This document shows, piece by piece, positions 20,796-31,135 of a stretch of DNA of 64,000 bases. The notes under the pieces are model-generated. The model did no database searches and was not told the origin of the DNA. It saw nothing but the letters and a program-made list of their open reading frames with translations. The translations under genes and the position numbers were made by a program. Origin of the DNA: Nitrospirales bacterium (GTDB taxonomy: Bacteria; Nitrospirota; Nitrospiria; Nitrospirales; UBA8639); contig CBDCWC010000002.1 of the NCBI GenBank assembly GCA_965223295.1, forward strand, positions 192,001-256,000, given 5' to 3'. The stretch's first letter is position 1. The number at the start of each line of letters is the position of its first letter.

Positions 20796-21091
20796 AGTTT
20801 ATTTCAGAAAATCTGTGGAGAAAAAATCTTAAGGCATTATCCAAAGCTGACCCCCAAAAGTTGTTAGACCAAATTGGAAAGGTGCTCGCAAAAGATCCCT
20901 GCTCGGGAAAAGTGCTAGGCGAAGAATTCAAAGGATTATACTGTTGGAGAACCGGTCGATTCCGTGTGATTTATGAAATTCAAAAAGATGTGTTTGTTCT
21001 CCTTCTCCTAAAAATTAGTCATCGAAAAGACACCTACCGATGTATAGTTGATGAGAATGTTTCGACTCAAAAAGAGCATTTATTTGCCTAG
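20788..21091 (+). pseudogene. relE: RelE/ParE-family toxin, frameshifted in the A-run near 20821-20826
   Basis: GTG-FKVYFRKSVEK, shift, then NLKALSK...GLYCWRTGRFRVIYEI...KISHRKDTYR. Confidence 0.75.
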
Positions 21092-21101
21092 AATGGATTG
21101 A

Positions 21102-21440
21102 TTGAATAACGAATCCCCACCAGCAAAGACTCGCGAAACTCAGCCTAAACGATCGTCTTATGGACATTGGCATGAGAACATTCGTTTGATGGCCGTGCTC
21201 CTCTTGATCTGGTTTGTGGTTTCTTATCTGCTTGGCATTGTCTTTGTTGAGCCGTTGAACCAATTTCATTTTGGTGGTTTCCCTCTAGGCTTTTGGTTTG
21301 CTCAACAGGGATCGATCTTTGTTTTTATCGTCTTGACACTTGTCTATGCATTAGGGATGGATCGAATCGATCGGCGTTACGGTGTCAACGATGGGCCTGC
21401 TCCGAGTTGTTCCAAAAGTTCTTCGGAGACGCCTGAGTGA
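21102..21440 (+). CDS. DUF4212 small subunit of solute:sodium symporter
   Basis: GFPLGFWFAQQGSI; overlaps the symporter start. Confidence 0.9.
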   Translation: MNNESPPAKTRETQPKRSSYGHWHENIRLMAVLLLIWFVVSYLLGIVFVEPLNQFHFGGFPLGFWFAQQGSIFVFIVLTLVYALGMDRIDRRYGVNDGPAPSCSKSSSETPE

Positions 21441-23140
21441 GCATTCAGGCGTGGACGTATCTGCTCGTTGGCCTCACGTTTACCATCTACATCGGTATAG
21501 CCATCTGGAGCCGTGTTGTGTCTACCTCCGGCTTTTATGTCGCGGGGCGTGGTGTCCCGCCGCTGGCAAATGGGATGGCGACTGCTGCCGACTGGATGAG
21601 TGCGGCGTCGTTTATTTCGATGGCAGGCCTTATCTCGTTCATGGGCTATACGGGTACGATTTATCTTATGGGGTGGACAGGTGGCTATGTGCTTCTCGCT
21701 CTCCTCCTTGCCCCATACTTGCGTAAATACGGCCGTTATACCATTCCCGAATTTGTCGGTGATCGCTACTATTCGCAAACGGCACGTGTGATAGCCGTCT
21801 TTTGCGCCATTTTTGTGTCCTTTACCTATGTGGCAGGGCAAATGCGCGGGGTTGGCGTGGTCTTTTCACGTTTCCTGGAAGTAGACGTGAACATTGGGGT
21901 CATTATCGGTGTGGCCATTGTGTTTTTTTATGCCGTAGTGGGTGGAATGCGCGGCATTACCTATACGCAAGTCGCGCAATTCTGTGTGCTCATTGTCGCG
22001 TATTTAATTCCCGCCGTGGCGATTTCCTGGAAAATGACCGGCTGGGCTATTCCTCAAATTGGGTTTGGCTCGACCATGATTGAAGGTCAGTATGCGGGCA
22101 TGGCGCTTCTTGAAAGGCTTGATATGATTCACCGTGACTTAGGACTTCCTGAATATACAGGCGCATGGGTCGATGGGAAAAAGAGCCTGGTCGATGTTCT
22201 GGCGATTACGATGGCGCTGATGGTTGGGACGGCAGGGCTGCCGCATGTGCTGATTCGCTTCTACACCGTTCCCAACGCACGTGCAGCTCGGTGGAGTGCC
22301 ATGTGGGCCTTGATCTTTATTGGACTCCTTTATACCACTGCGCCGGCGGTGAGTGCATTTGCCCGGGTGAATATGATTGAGACCCTTCATATGCAACCGT
22401 ACACGGATGCACCAGCATGGTTTAAAAGTTGGGAAGGAACAGGCCTGATTGTCTTCAATGACCGTAATGGCGACGGCCTCATTCAGTATAGTGGCAATGC
22501 CGTGGCGAACGAACTCACTGTTGATCGAGATATCATGGTTCTGGCTAATCCAGAGATTGCGAAACTTCCGGCATGGGTTGTGGCGCTTGTAGCGGCAGGT
22601 GGGCTCGCCGCCGCTCTCTCGACCGCTGCGGGCTTACTACTGGTAATCTCGGCGTCCGTATCACATGATTTGCTGAAATCGGTACTGTGGAAAAATATGC
22701 CGCAAAATGTGGAATTGCGCATGGCGCGTGTCGCGGCCGCCTTTGCCGTCGTTGTAGCTGGGATTCTTGGCATTTATCCACCAGGCTTTGTTGCACAAGT
22801 GGTGGCGTTTGCTTTCGGGTTGGCCGCCGCCAGTTTTTTCCCAATCTTATTGCTTGGAATTTTTGACAAGCGTACGACCAAGGAAGGAGCGATCGCAGGG
22901 ATGATTCTTGGTATCGGGTTTACTGCAGCCTATATTATCTGGTTTCGTTTTGTTGATCCAACGGCTGCTGCCGAACAATGGCTGTTTGGGATCAGCCCCG
23001 AAGGCATTGGTTCTATTGGGATGATGCTCAATTTCATTGTAGCGATCAGCGTCAGCCGTTTCACTGCATCACCACCGATGGATGTTCAACATATGATTGA
23101 AGACATTCGTCTCCCAGGTGGGACTCGGGACTTGGCATGA
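21437..23140 (+). CDS. Sodium:solute symporter (ActP-like cation/acetate symporter family)
   Basis: NGMATAADWMSAASF, GTAGLPHVLIRFYTV, AAALSTAAGLL. Confidence 0.92.
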   Translation: MSIQAWTYLLVGLTFTIYIGIAIWSRVVSTSGFYVAGRGVPPLANGMATAADWMSAASFISMAGLISFMGYTGTIYLMGWTGGYVLLALLLAPYLRKYGRYTIPEFVGDRYYSQTARVIAVFCAIFVSFTYVAGQMRGVGVVFSRFLEVDVNIGVIIGVAIVFFYAVVGGMRGITYTQVAQFCVLIVAYLIPAVAISWKMTGWAIPQIGFGSTMIEGQYAGMALLERLDMIHRDLGLPEYTGAWVDGKKSLVDVLAITMALMVGTAGLPHVLIRFYTVPNARAARWSAMWALIFIGLLYTTAPAVSAFARVNMIETLHMQPYTDAPAWFKSWEGTGLIVFNDRNGDGLIQYSGNAVANELTVDRDIMVLANPEIAKLPAWVVALVAAGGLAAALSTAAGLLLVISASVSHDLLKSVLWKNMPQNVELRMARVAAAFAVVVAGILGIYPPGFVAQVVAFAFGLAAASFFPILLLGIFDKRTTKEGAIAGMILGIGFTAAYIIWFRFVDPTAAAEQWLFGISPEGIGSIGMMLNFIVAISVSRFTASPPMDVQHMIEDIRLPGGTRDLA

Positions 23141-23394
23141 TTGAACAAGCCAAAGATTACTGAAATCCTCTGTATGTTAACAACTGTCTCGATTTTTAAA
23201 TATTGGTTTTTTTGTCTTGGAGAGGAGAAATCATTTGCAAGAAACTAGTCTTTTAGTATATGTTCTCGGTTTAAAATTTTCATCCCACCTGCGTTTTGAA
23301 CTCTTAAAGAGTAACATGAGTATGCCCGATTAGAGCAAAAGGCATGGATGCGATTGCTGCAATACCTTCAGTCGAAAGAGAGGAATAGCAAGAT

Positions 23395-24402
23395 ATGAAG
23401 ACTGATGCTTCTACGGTTTCTGGAATACGGCGACTACTCTCGTTTCTGAGAAAAATAGGGTTATCTTGGTTTGATGGTGATGCCGAGGCTGGGCTGGTGC
23501 TGGATCCCCAGAGCAAGCAAATGGATCGAGTTCGTACGATTCCATTTTTTCTCATGCACCTGGCTGTGCTCACAGTGATAGTGGTGGGCTGGAGCCCGGT
23601 GGCCATTGCAACTGCTGTCTTGTTGTATGTTGTACGTATGTTTGCGATTACAGGGTTTTATCATCGATATTTTTCCCATCGAACATTTCGGACGTCTCGA
23701 GGGATGCAGTTCGTCTTTGCCTGTATTGGAGCGTCTGCCGCACAACGGGGTCCATTATGGTGGGCGGCCAATCATCGTGTGCACCATGCGAATTCTGATA
23801 AACCAGAAGATGTTCATTCTCCGGTGCACCATGGTTTGTGGTGGAGTCATATGGGCTGGTTTTTGGCACAAAACCAACTGGCGACCAAGTTGAATCGCAT
23901 CAAAGATTTTGCACGCTATCCTGAATTACATTTCCTCAATCGCTATGATGTCCTGGTGCCTATCATTTTGGCTGTTGGCGTATTTTTGGTGGGTGAAGTG
24001 CTCGCTTCTTTCTATCCGAATTTAGGGACAAATGGCTGGCAGATGCTCGTGTGGGGTTTTGTGATTTCCACGGTCGCTCTGTGGCACGGGACCTTTACGA
24101 TTAATTCCTTGTCGCATCGTTTCGGTACACGACGGTATGCGACTGGGGACCATAGTCGAAATAATTTTGCCTTAGCGCTCCTGACTATGGGTGAGGGGTG
24201 GCATAATAATCATCATCAATATCCCAGCGCCGCTCGGCAGGGATTTCGATGGTGGGAAATTGATCTGACCTATTATCTTCTGCGAGGGCTGCAATTTTTC
24301 GGGGTGATTTGGGACGTTCGTCCGGTTCCGTCTTGGGTCTTGAATCAGCCGACTCCAGACCAAATGAGTAAAGATCCCGACTCCGAAAAAATTGCGGTAT
24401 AA
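23395..24402 (+). CDS. Acyl-CoA (delta-9) fatty acid desaturase
   Basis: His boxes HRYFSH, HRVHH, GEGWHNNHH. Confidence 0.92.
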   Translation: MKTDASTVSGIRRLLSFLRKIGLSWFDGDAEAGLVLDPQSKQMDRVRTIPFFLMHLAVLTVIVVGWSPVAIATAVLLYVVRMFAITGFYHRYFSHRTFRTSRGMQFVFACIGASAAQRGPLWWAANHRVHHANSDKPEDVHSPVHHGLWWSHMGWFLAQNQLATKLNRIKDFARYPELHFLNRYDVLVPIILAVGVFLVGEVLASFYPNLGTNGWQMLVWGFVISTVALWHGTFTINSLSHRFGTRRYATGDHSRNNFALALLTMGEGWHNNHHQYPSAARQGFRWWEIDLTYYLLRGLQFFGVIWDVRPVPSWVLNQPTPDQMSKDPDSEKIAV

Positions 24403-24522
24403 GAATCCCATCAGCCTGAGAAGGTCTTTCTTCTCTCTCCTCTGGCAGATCACACTATTGTTGAACCCGTCTCCTAGATTCTAGCTTTAGCAATCTGCTA
24501 GCTAAAAAGAAGTTTACCATCT

Positions 24523-24713
24523 GGGCCTGTTGAAAAAAGCCGCCATTGGCGTTCTCGCCATTGTTCCGTGCTCACTTACTGTCAGTACGCTCCCCGCGCT
24601 AAAACGGCTGTGGCCTTGCTGGGCGGACTTTTTTGAACCGACCCGACGTTGTTGATCGCCAAGGGCCTCCTGGCGAAATATGGCCCTTGATATCTTCATT
24701 ATTCAACACTCCC
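24523..24713 (-). mobile_element. MITE family A copy
   Basis: Full-length reverse copy; perfect TSD CATCT. Confidence 0.92.
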
Positions 24714-24934
24714 CATCTGAGATTCTTGTGGAACAGTTTTGGGACACTTTTGTGTCTTAAGCAATGGGATCGTGTGTATCAAGGACGCAGTAGTTTATCT
24801 GTTCCATTGAGTCAGCAGAATTTTTTGGCACGAAAAATAAGTGAAAATTCCTTCTCGCTTAATATGGCATGCTTTTTGAGTAATCCATTGATTGTCAATC
24901 GAAAATTTTGAACCTTCAACCAAAGGATTGCACA

Positions 24935-25330
24935 GTGAAACGAATTTTGATTGTCGATGATGATCCCGACCATCGGTTATATTTACGAACAATATTTGAG
25001 GCTAAAGGCTATGGGTGCGAAGAAGCTCGGGATTGTTGGAAGGCGTTGGTTAAGCTCAAAACAGAGCATATCTCACTTGTCTTAACCGATCTACATATGC
25101 GTGGGATGAGTGGCCTCCAGCTCATTGAGCAAATGAGAGAGTTGTCATGGTCTCGATCGATACCCGTCATGATTATGACCAGCCAATTTGTGTCTGATAT
25201 TTCTTCTCAGGCCCTCCAGCTTGGGGTATGTGCCGTGATAGAGAAACCCTACGACTCGCCTAAACTTTTGAAAAAAATTGAATCGTTCATTGGAACATCA
25301 GAAATACTGTGTAGCCCATCAATAGCGTAG
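24935..25330 (+). CDS. Single-domain response regulator (CheY-like)
   Basis: ILIVDDD, LTDLHMRGMSG, EKP. Confidence 0.88.
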   Translation: MKRILIVDDDPDHRLYLRTIFEAKGYGCEEARDCWKALVKLKTEHISLVLTDLHMRGMSGLQLIEQMRELSWSRSIPVMIMTSQFVSDISSQALQLGVCAVIEKPYDSPKLLKKIESFIGTSEILCSPSIA

Positions 25331-25342
25331 CTTTGGCGTAAT

Positions 25343-25535
25343 CAGAGTGTTAACACGTTCAAGAAGGAGAGACTCGGCCAAGTTTCGTTTCTGCGACGTC
25401 ACAGGTCAGAGGCCGCGGGTCTGTTCAAAAAAGTCCGCTCTCCTGCGCGAAGCCATTTCAGCCTTCGTAGCCACTGCGGCGAAGGAGGCCCGGCGAAGGC
25501 AGGGTACGCCGCTGGCGACTTTTCTTAACAGACTC
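25343..25535 (+). mobile_element. MITE family A, degenerate copy; core replaced by nested REP-like hairpins
   Basis: Inner TIR GGGTCTGTTCAAAAAAG at 25417 and right end TTAACAGACTC. Confidence 0.7.
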
Positions 25536-25637
25536 ATGTGAAACGGGGCAGAGTCAACTAGTATAGGCATTTACTTGTGGCAGGCTAGGGTCGGTTTGGC
25601 TTCGCGAAAATTTCTGAGGAATGGAAAAGTGGAAACT

Positions 25638-26027
25638 CTATGGAGTTTCCAGTATACGAACGATTTCTGAGAGAAGTTCTTGCTCATTGTAGGGTTTCGG
25701 AAATATTGCCAGTAATCCCGTCTTACGTGCTTCACGATAGAGGCGATCAGATGGCTGCCCTGTGAGAAGAATGATGGGTGTTCGTTGGTTGAGGGGGGTT
25801 GTTGCGAGAGATTGAGCCATTTCCAAACCCGTCATGACAGGCATGGCATTGTCTGTAATGATTAAATCAAACTGCTTGATTTTTAAAGTATTCAGAGCCT
25901 CTAACCCATTAACACTTTCCTGGCAGGAATACCCCTGCATTTCAAGTGTTTCTCGAAGTACGAGTCGTCCTGGTTGGAAATCATCAACAATAAGGATTCG
26001 CTTCATGCCCACAGCCTGGGTTTGCAA
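25638..26027 (-). CDS. Single-domain response regulator
   Basis: ILIVDD, ITDNAMPVMTG, PKP. Confidence 0.88.
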   Translation of the reverse strand: MQTQAVGMKRILIVDDFQPGRLVLRETLEMQGYSCQESVNGLEALNTLKIKQFDLIITDNAMPVMTGLEMAQSLATTPLNQRTPIILLTGQPSDRLYREARKTGLLAIFPKPYNEQELLSEIVRILETP

Positions 26028-26047
26028 GTGACACCTCTAATATTGAC

Positions 26048-26440
26048 TTACCGTGAGTGTATCTGTTGGCGACTGACCCTCGAGGAAAAAGTTGTCGAAC
26101 ATTTTTGGGATAAGAGATCGATGTCAATTGGTTTAAGCAAATAATCTTGCGCTCCCTGTCCAATCGTCTGAATCAATGTATTCTTGTTCGCTTCTGCGCT
26201 CATGACGATGACAGGGATATTCGAATGCATTTCACGGACTTGTTCCAACATCTCCAATCCGTCCATGACCGGCATCTGAATATCCAGCAGAATGCCATCG
26301 ATAGGCATTTGCTCCAGTAGGGCGAGTCCCTCAGCTCCGTTCTTGGCCACGGTTGAATAGTAGCCGAGAAACGTCAGGCGATCCTTCAACATGAGGCTGA
26401 TATCCTCTTCATCTTCAACGATCAAAAGTGAAAGTGCCAT
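26048..26440 (-). CDS. Single-domain response regulator
   Basis: LIVEDE, LLDIQMPVMDG, DYLLKP. Confidence 0.9.
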   Translation of the reverse strand: MALSLLIVEDEEDISLMLKDRLTFLGYYSTVAKNGAEGLALLEQMPIDGILLDIQMPVMDGLEMLEQVREMHSNIPVIVMSAEANKNTLIQTIGQGAQDYLLKPIDIDLLSQKCSTTFSSRVSRQQIHSR

Positions 26441-26597
26441 GCCTTGGTTTAGAGCTTGTGTAAGCTTAACTTTAATCCTAACTTTTTAAAGGTATTCCAC
26501 GAAGCCATAAAGAGACCATTCATATTTTTGGCAATGGTTGTAAAGATTTCATAAAGATTCTGTTGAAGGAACGAGTTGAACCGAAAACAAATAGTTT

Positions 26598-26788
26598 GAG
26601 AGTGTTGAATAGTGAAGATATCAAAGGCCATATTTCGCCAGGAGGCCCTTGGCGATCAACAACGTCGGGTCGGTTCAAAAAAGTCCGTCCAGCAAGGCCG
26701 CAGCCTTTTTTGCGCGCGGAGCATACTGGCATTATGTGAGCACGGAACAATCGCGAGAACACCGCTGGCGGGTTTTTTCAACAGACTC
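26598..26788 (+). mobile_element. MITE family A copy
   Basis: Full-length; flanks AGTTT/AGTTG (4/5 match). Confidence 0.9.
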
Positions 26789-26935
26789 AGTTGGGATGAG
26801 CCGTATGTCCGAGACCATTCTTCTCGCAGAGGGATTGTTCTTGTACAAGGAAGAGAGGGGATTGTTGGCAGGAAGACCGTGCAAACTTTGAAAATCTTGA
26901 GAAAAATGATGAGGAGTGGTGTGGAAAGAAACTTC

Positions 26936-27646
26936 TTAGGTCTTTTCCTCCTCTATCTGATGGTTAAAACGGTATCCGACTCCGGGGTCGGTCAGAATGA
27001 ATTGCGGGCGGGCAGTATTACGTTCCAGTTTCTTTCTGAGTTGACCAATGAACACCCGAAGATATTGTGCTTGATCGGAGTAGGTCTCCCCCCAGATAGC
27101 GGTGAGGAGGGTGCGGTGGGTGAGAACTTTTCCGGCATATTGAATCATATATTTTAAGAGATCATACTCGGTCGGGGTCAGCTTCACGGGTTCGTGATCA
27201 AGCCGTACCTCTCGTCGCTCAAAGTTGATGGAAAGTGCTCCGGTTTTAAACACTGGTTGGGTGCCAGATACAATGATCGTCCGGCGTAAGGCTGAACGAA
27301 CTCTGGCGAGCACTTCTTCCATGCCAAAGGGTTTCGTGACATAGTCATCTGCCCCGCATTCAAGCGCTTCGACTTTTTTGCGCTCATCTCCCAGGGCTGA
27401 AAGTATGATGATGGGAACAGGCGATTGTTTGCGGATATGGCGCGTGAGTTCAATGCCATCCATGGATGGCAGAAGAAGGTCGATAATCACAAGATCTGGT
27501 TTCCAGCGAGTCATCGTTTCGATGGCTTCTTCCCCAGAAGAGGCCGAGAGTACAGCGTAGTGTTTTGACTCCAAATTCACTTGTAATGAACGGCGAATTT
27601 GCGGTTCGTCATCAACCACGAGAATCCGCGCGCCTTGATGACTCAT
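26936..27646 (-). CDS. KdpE-like OmpR-family response regulator
   Basis: VVDDEPQIRR, GADDYVTKPFG, AGKVLTHR, QYLRVFIGQLRKKLE, TDPGVGYR. Confidence 0.9.
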   Translation of the reverse strand: MSHQGARILVVDDEPQIRRSLQVNLESKHYAVLSASSGEEAIETMTRWKPDLVIIDLLLPSMDGIELTRHIRKQSPVPIIILSALGDERKKVEALECGADDYVTKPFGMEEVLARVRSALRRTIIVSGTQPVFKTGALSINFERREVRLDHEPVKLTPTEYDLLKYMIQYAGKVLTHRTLLTAIWGETYSDQAQYLRVFIGQLRKKLERNTARPQFILTDPGVGYRFNHQIEEEKT

Positions 27647-30627
27647 CCCACTTGGCCTTTCTGAAGTCCTTCTAGCGTAAAACTTTTCAAAGATTCCGTG
27701 ATGGGTAAGATAAACGTGATGGTGACGTTCGATCCGATGGACTCAGCCCAAATCTCTCCGCCATGAGCTTCGATAATGCCTTTACAAATAGCTAATCCCA
27801 GACCCGTGCCACGGATGGTGTGGCCGCGTCGCAATGGACAGCGATAAAACCGGTCAAAGATTCGTTCCAAGTCCTGAGTTTGGATCGGTTCTCCCTCATT
27901 AGAGACTTGGATGACGATTTGTTGTAACTTCTCGAGGACGTTGAGTTGAATGAGTGAGCCGGGTGCAGAATATTTGGTGGCATTATCGAACAAGTTGATG
28001 AGAACCTGCTGTATGCCTAACGCATCAACATAGATGGGAGGGACATGCTCTGGAAAGTGTATGTCGATGTTTTGCCGAGTGACCGCCGATTCAATATGCC
28101 GGAGCGCACCTTCAACAATGTCCTCTAGCAGATGCCATTCGCGACGAGGCACGAGAGTGCCCGCCTCAATTTGAGACATATCTAACAGATTATCAATGAG
28201 CCGACTCATGTAGTTAATTTCCTGATCAATGCCGTTGAGAAACTCTTGTTGAATTCTTGACATCTCGCTAAGGGAATTTCCGGTAATACTGGATAGTGCG
28301 GTTTTCATGGCGGTCAGGGGCGTTCGCAATTCATGAGAGACGGAAGCAAGTAAAGCTGATTTCAGTTCATCGCTTTGGCGGAGGGCATCTCTCCGTTTGG
28401 ACTCGCTTTGTCGCAAGCGTTCTTCGGCGCTCCTGCGTTCGGTGATATCTTCTGAAACCCCAAGTATTTTTAATACCTCACCGCCTTGCCCATGAATGGG
28501 AATGAAGCTCTTCGTGAAGATGTGAACTTTCTCATGTATTGTGACGGTGAATTCACAATGTATCTGTTGGCCTTGGAGCGCTTGTCTAAAGTACCCTCTA
28601 AAGCGCTGGTGGTCGTGTGCTTCTACCAGCTCCAGGTAGGAGCACCCGATGATTTGTGATTCATCCTCGATTCTGATCATCTTCTGGCCAGCTTTGTTCA
28701 TGGAGCGAATTGTTCCGTCTAGTGATATTTCGTGAATACAAAACGGAATATGTTCAACCAAGGTTCGAAATCGGCCTTCACTGGCGCGCAGCTCGTTCTC
28801 GATGCGTTTGTGCTCGGTGATATCAATATTTAAGCCATCTAGGTAGAGAAGTTGACCTGTATCATCGAAAACGAAACGGCCTCTTGCCAGGATCCATTTT
28901 CCCTTTCCCTCCTTGGTAATAATTTGATGCTCGTTTTCATATGGAAGACCCTTGGCAAGCGCATCTTGAACTAGTGGCCAGACTCGTTCATTTTCACCAG
29001 GGGCTAGTAAGGTATCGTAGGTTACAGCTCCACTTAAGAATTCAGAAGCCGGAATTCCTGTGACTTCTTGAATCCCATCACTTGCATAGATGATTGTCCA
29101 CTTTTTGTTATTCAAACAACGGTAGGCAAACCCTTTGGGCAGCTGCCCCAGCATACTGTCAGTTAAGGTTTTCCATTCCTGTAAGGATTTTTCCCCTTCT
29201 TTGTGAGGCGTGATATCATAGCAGGAGCCGATAAAGCCGGCGAATTCTCCCTCAAGACTATTGAAAGGGTGTCCGACGTCAGTAATCCAACGATAGGTTC
29301 CATCATAGCGACGTAACCGATACTCCATTTCGAATCTCTCACGCGCCTCGAATGCGTTCTTGTAGGTTGTGAGGCAGTGCTCACGATCCTCAGGGTGGAC
29401 CCCGTACGTCCATCCGTTTCCTCTTTCTTCCTCTATAGCGCGCCCCGTGAATGCTAACCACGTCTGGTTAAAATATTCACACCCGGCATCTAGACCAGAT
29501 TGCCAAACCATTGCCGGAAATTTATCAAGCAGAGTCCGTGAAAAGTCTCTGGATCGGATAATCATTTCTTCCGCTTGTTTGCGTTCAGTGATATCACGTG
29601 CGACTCCGACCAATTTTTTTGCTTGACCGGTGTCCCCGGCTAGAGGAGCCTTGATGGTGTGGAACAAGCGAACCGTCCCATCGTGCCGAATAACGGGTTC
29701 CTCAGGAATGTCCAAGACCGTGCCAGCTTCAAACACACTTGTATCGGCCTTATGGTATTGCTTCGTATATTCAGGCTCATTAATTGGAGAATCCACAAGA
29801 CCTATGAGCTCATCGTTGGTCATGTTGTAAAACGCTCGAAAGGCCTTGTTCCCCCATATGAGCTTGAACTGCTGGTCTTTTAGAAAGACCATGTCAGAAA
29901 TAGAGTCTAGGATTTCTCGGTACATCTGTTCGGTATGACGAAGGTTGACTTCTGCCTGTTTGCGTTCTTCAATTTCTTTTTCCAATCTTCGACCATCTCG
30001 GACCCCTTTGCTGGTTGCAAGTATTCCCAGTAACCCAACGACAATGGCCATCACGAGTTCCCATCTTACCATTGTGCGTATGGCTGCCGACGAATAGGTA
30101 TTTAATTGTTTGACGGCCTGATCGGCGGCCTGGATCACCATCGTATGTTGGGTGCGGAGGGTTTGGAGTTGTGGCTGAAACTCTGGATGATCAGGGGGAA
30201 GCGAGAGTAAATGATCAGCCAGTTGGAAGATGTGATCGCTTTGCCTCTGCTGCTGCTGAAGTTTTTTGAGAATTTCTTGAGTGGGCACGGCAGGGACCGT
30301 TTGACGCTGATCAGTCTCGGGATTCACTATCACCGTTCCGCCCTCCATGAGTGTCTTAAGTGCTGACTGAATGAGGTGTCTGGTGGAAGCGTAGTCTGCT
30401 GCGGTTCCCTGAGACGTGAGGAACACTTCATTAAAATGTCGTTGGAACAGCATTCGCTGGCGACCTGCCGTATCGATCAGCAAGGCAGTCGAGTTATCTT
30501 TATGGAGTACCGTGATTGTGTAGACTAACAATCCTATCACGACGCATAAAAACATGACTGTAATGATGATGAAACGACGGCTGAGCGTAGATTGTTTGAA
30601 GAATTGTCGGAGCGATGATGGGGCCAT
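27643..30627 (-). CDS. Sensor histidine kinase: NarX/PilJ-type periplasmic domain, four PAS domains, KdpD-like kinase core
   Basis: TM, IDTAGRQRML, TM; four PAS/PAC units; SVSHELRTPL, EWHLLEDIV, GTGLGLAICKGIIEAHGG. Confidence 0.88.
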   Translation of the reverse strand: MAPSSLRQFFKQSTLSRRFIIITVMFLCVVIGLLVYTITVLHKDNSTALLIDTAGRQRMLFQRHFNEVFLTSQGTAADYASTRHLIQSALKTLMEGGTVIVNPETDQRQTVPAVPTQEILKKLQQQQRQSDHIFQLADHLLSLPPDHPEFQPQLQTLRTQHTMVIQAADQAVKQLNTYSSAAIRTMVRWELVMAIVVGLLGILATSKGVRDGRRLEKEIEERKQAEVNLRHTEQMYREILDSISDMVFLKDQQFKLIWGNKAFRAFYNMTNDELIGLVDSPINEPEYTKQYHKADTSVFEAGTVLDIPEEPVIRHDGTVRLFHTIKAPLAGDTGQAKKLVGVARDITERKQAEEMIIRSRDFSRTLLDKFPAMVWQSGLDAGCEYFNQTWLAFTGRAIEEERGNGWTYGVHPEDREHCLTTYKNAFEARERFEMEYRLRRYDGTYRWITDVGHPFNSLEGEFAGFIGSCYDITPHKEGEKSLQEWKTLTDSMLGQLPKGFAYRCLNNKKWTIIYASDGIQEVTGIPASEFLSGAVTYDTLLAPGENERVWPLVQDALAKGLPYENEHQIITKEGKGKWILARGRFVFDDTGQLLYLDGLNIDITEHKRIENELRASEGRFRTLVEHIPFCIHEISLDGTIRSMNKAGQKMIRIEDESQIIGCSYLELVEAHDHQRFRGYFRQALQGQQIHCEFTVTIHEKVHIFTKSFIPIHGQGGEVLKILGVSEDITERRSAEERLRQSESKRRDALRQSDELKSALLASVSHELRTPLTAMKTALSSITGNSLSEMSRIQQEFLNGIDQEINYMSRLIDNLLDMSQIEAGTLVPRREWHLLEDIVEGALRHIESAVTRQNIDIHFPEHVPPIYVDALGIQQVLINLFDNATKYSAPGSLIQLNVLEKLQQIVIQVSNEGEPIQTQDLERIFDRFYRCPLRRGHTIRGTGLGLAICKGIIEAHGGEIWAESIGSNVTITFILPITESLKSFTLEGLQKGQVG

Positions 30628-30920
30628 TGTCTAACCCTATTTCTTGCGGAATAGAAAAATGGTATTGGGTGCTTTACTTGGACTTTTCCCTCATAAATCT
30701 CTTACAGAGGATGTCCGCGACCCAGTATGATACCTGACAACGTAGAAAATTTTGAGCTGTAAGGTATGAAAATTAGGAAGAAATCATTCGCCATGTGATT
30801 TGGACGATGAGTTACTATACTCAACTGCCGTATGTGGATTCAAATTTTCAGCCTCACGAGATATACGTCTTCTACACATATTTATGAAACGAATGCTATG
30901 ATAGCTTTGGGAACAATGAT

Positions 30921-31111
30921 GGGAGTGTTGAATCATGAAGATATCAAAAGCCATGCTTCGCCATGGAGCCCTTGGCGATCAACAACCTCGGGTCTGTTCA
31001 AAAAAGTCCGTCCAGCAAGGCCGCAGCCCTTTTTGCGCGCGGAGCGTCCTGGCACGACGTGAGCACGGAACAATGGCGAGAACGCTGCTGGTGGCTTTTT
31101 TCAACTGACCC
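30921..31111 (+). mobile_element. MITE family A copy
   Basis: Full-length; perfect TSD ATGAT. Confidence 0.92.
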
Positions 31112-31135
31112 ATGATTGATCTGTGAGGTTAGTGC

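Noticed and set aside
26936-30627. Canonical kdpDE
   Set aside because: The sensor lacks the KdpD N-terminal, Usp and 4-TM domains, and no kdpFABC is adjacent.
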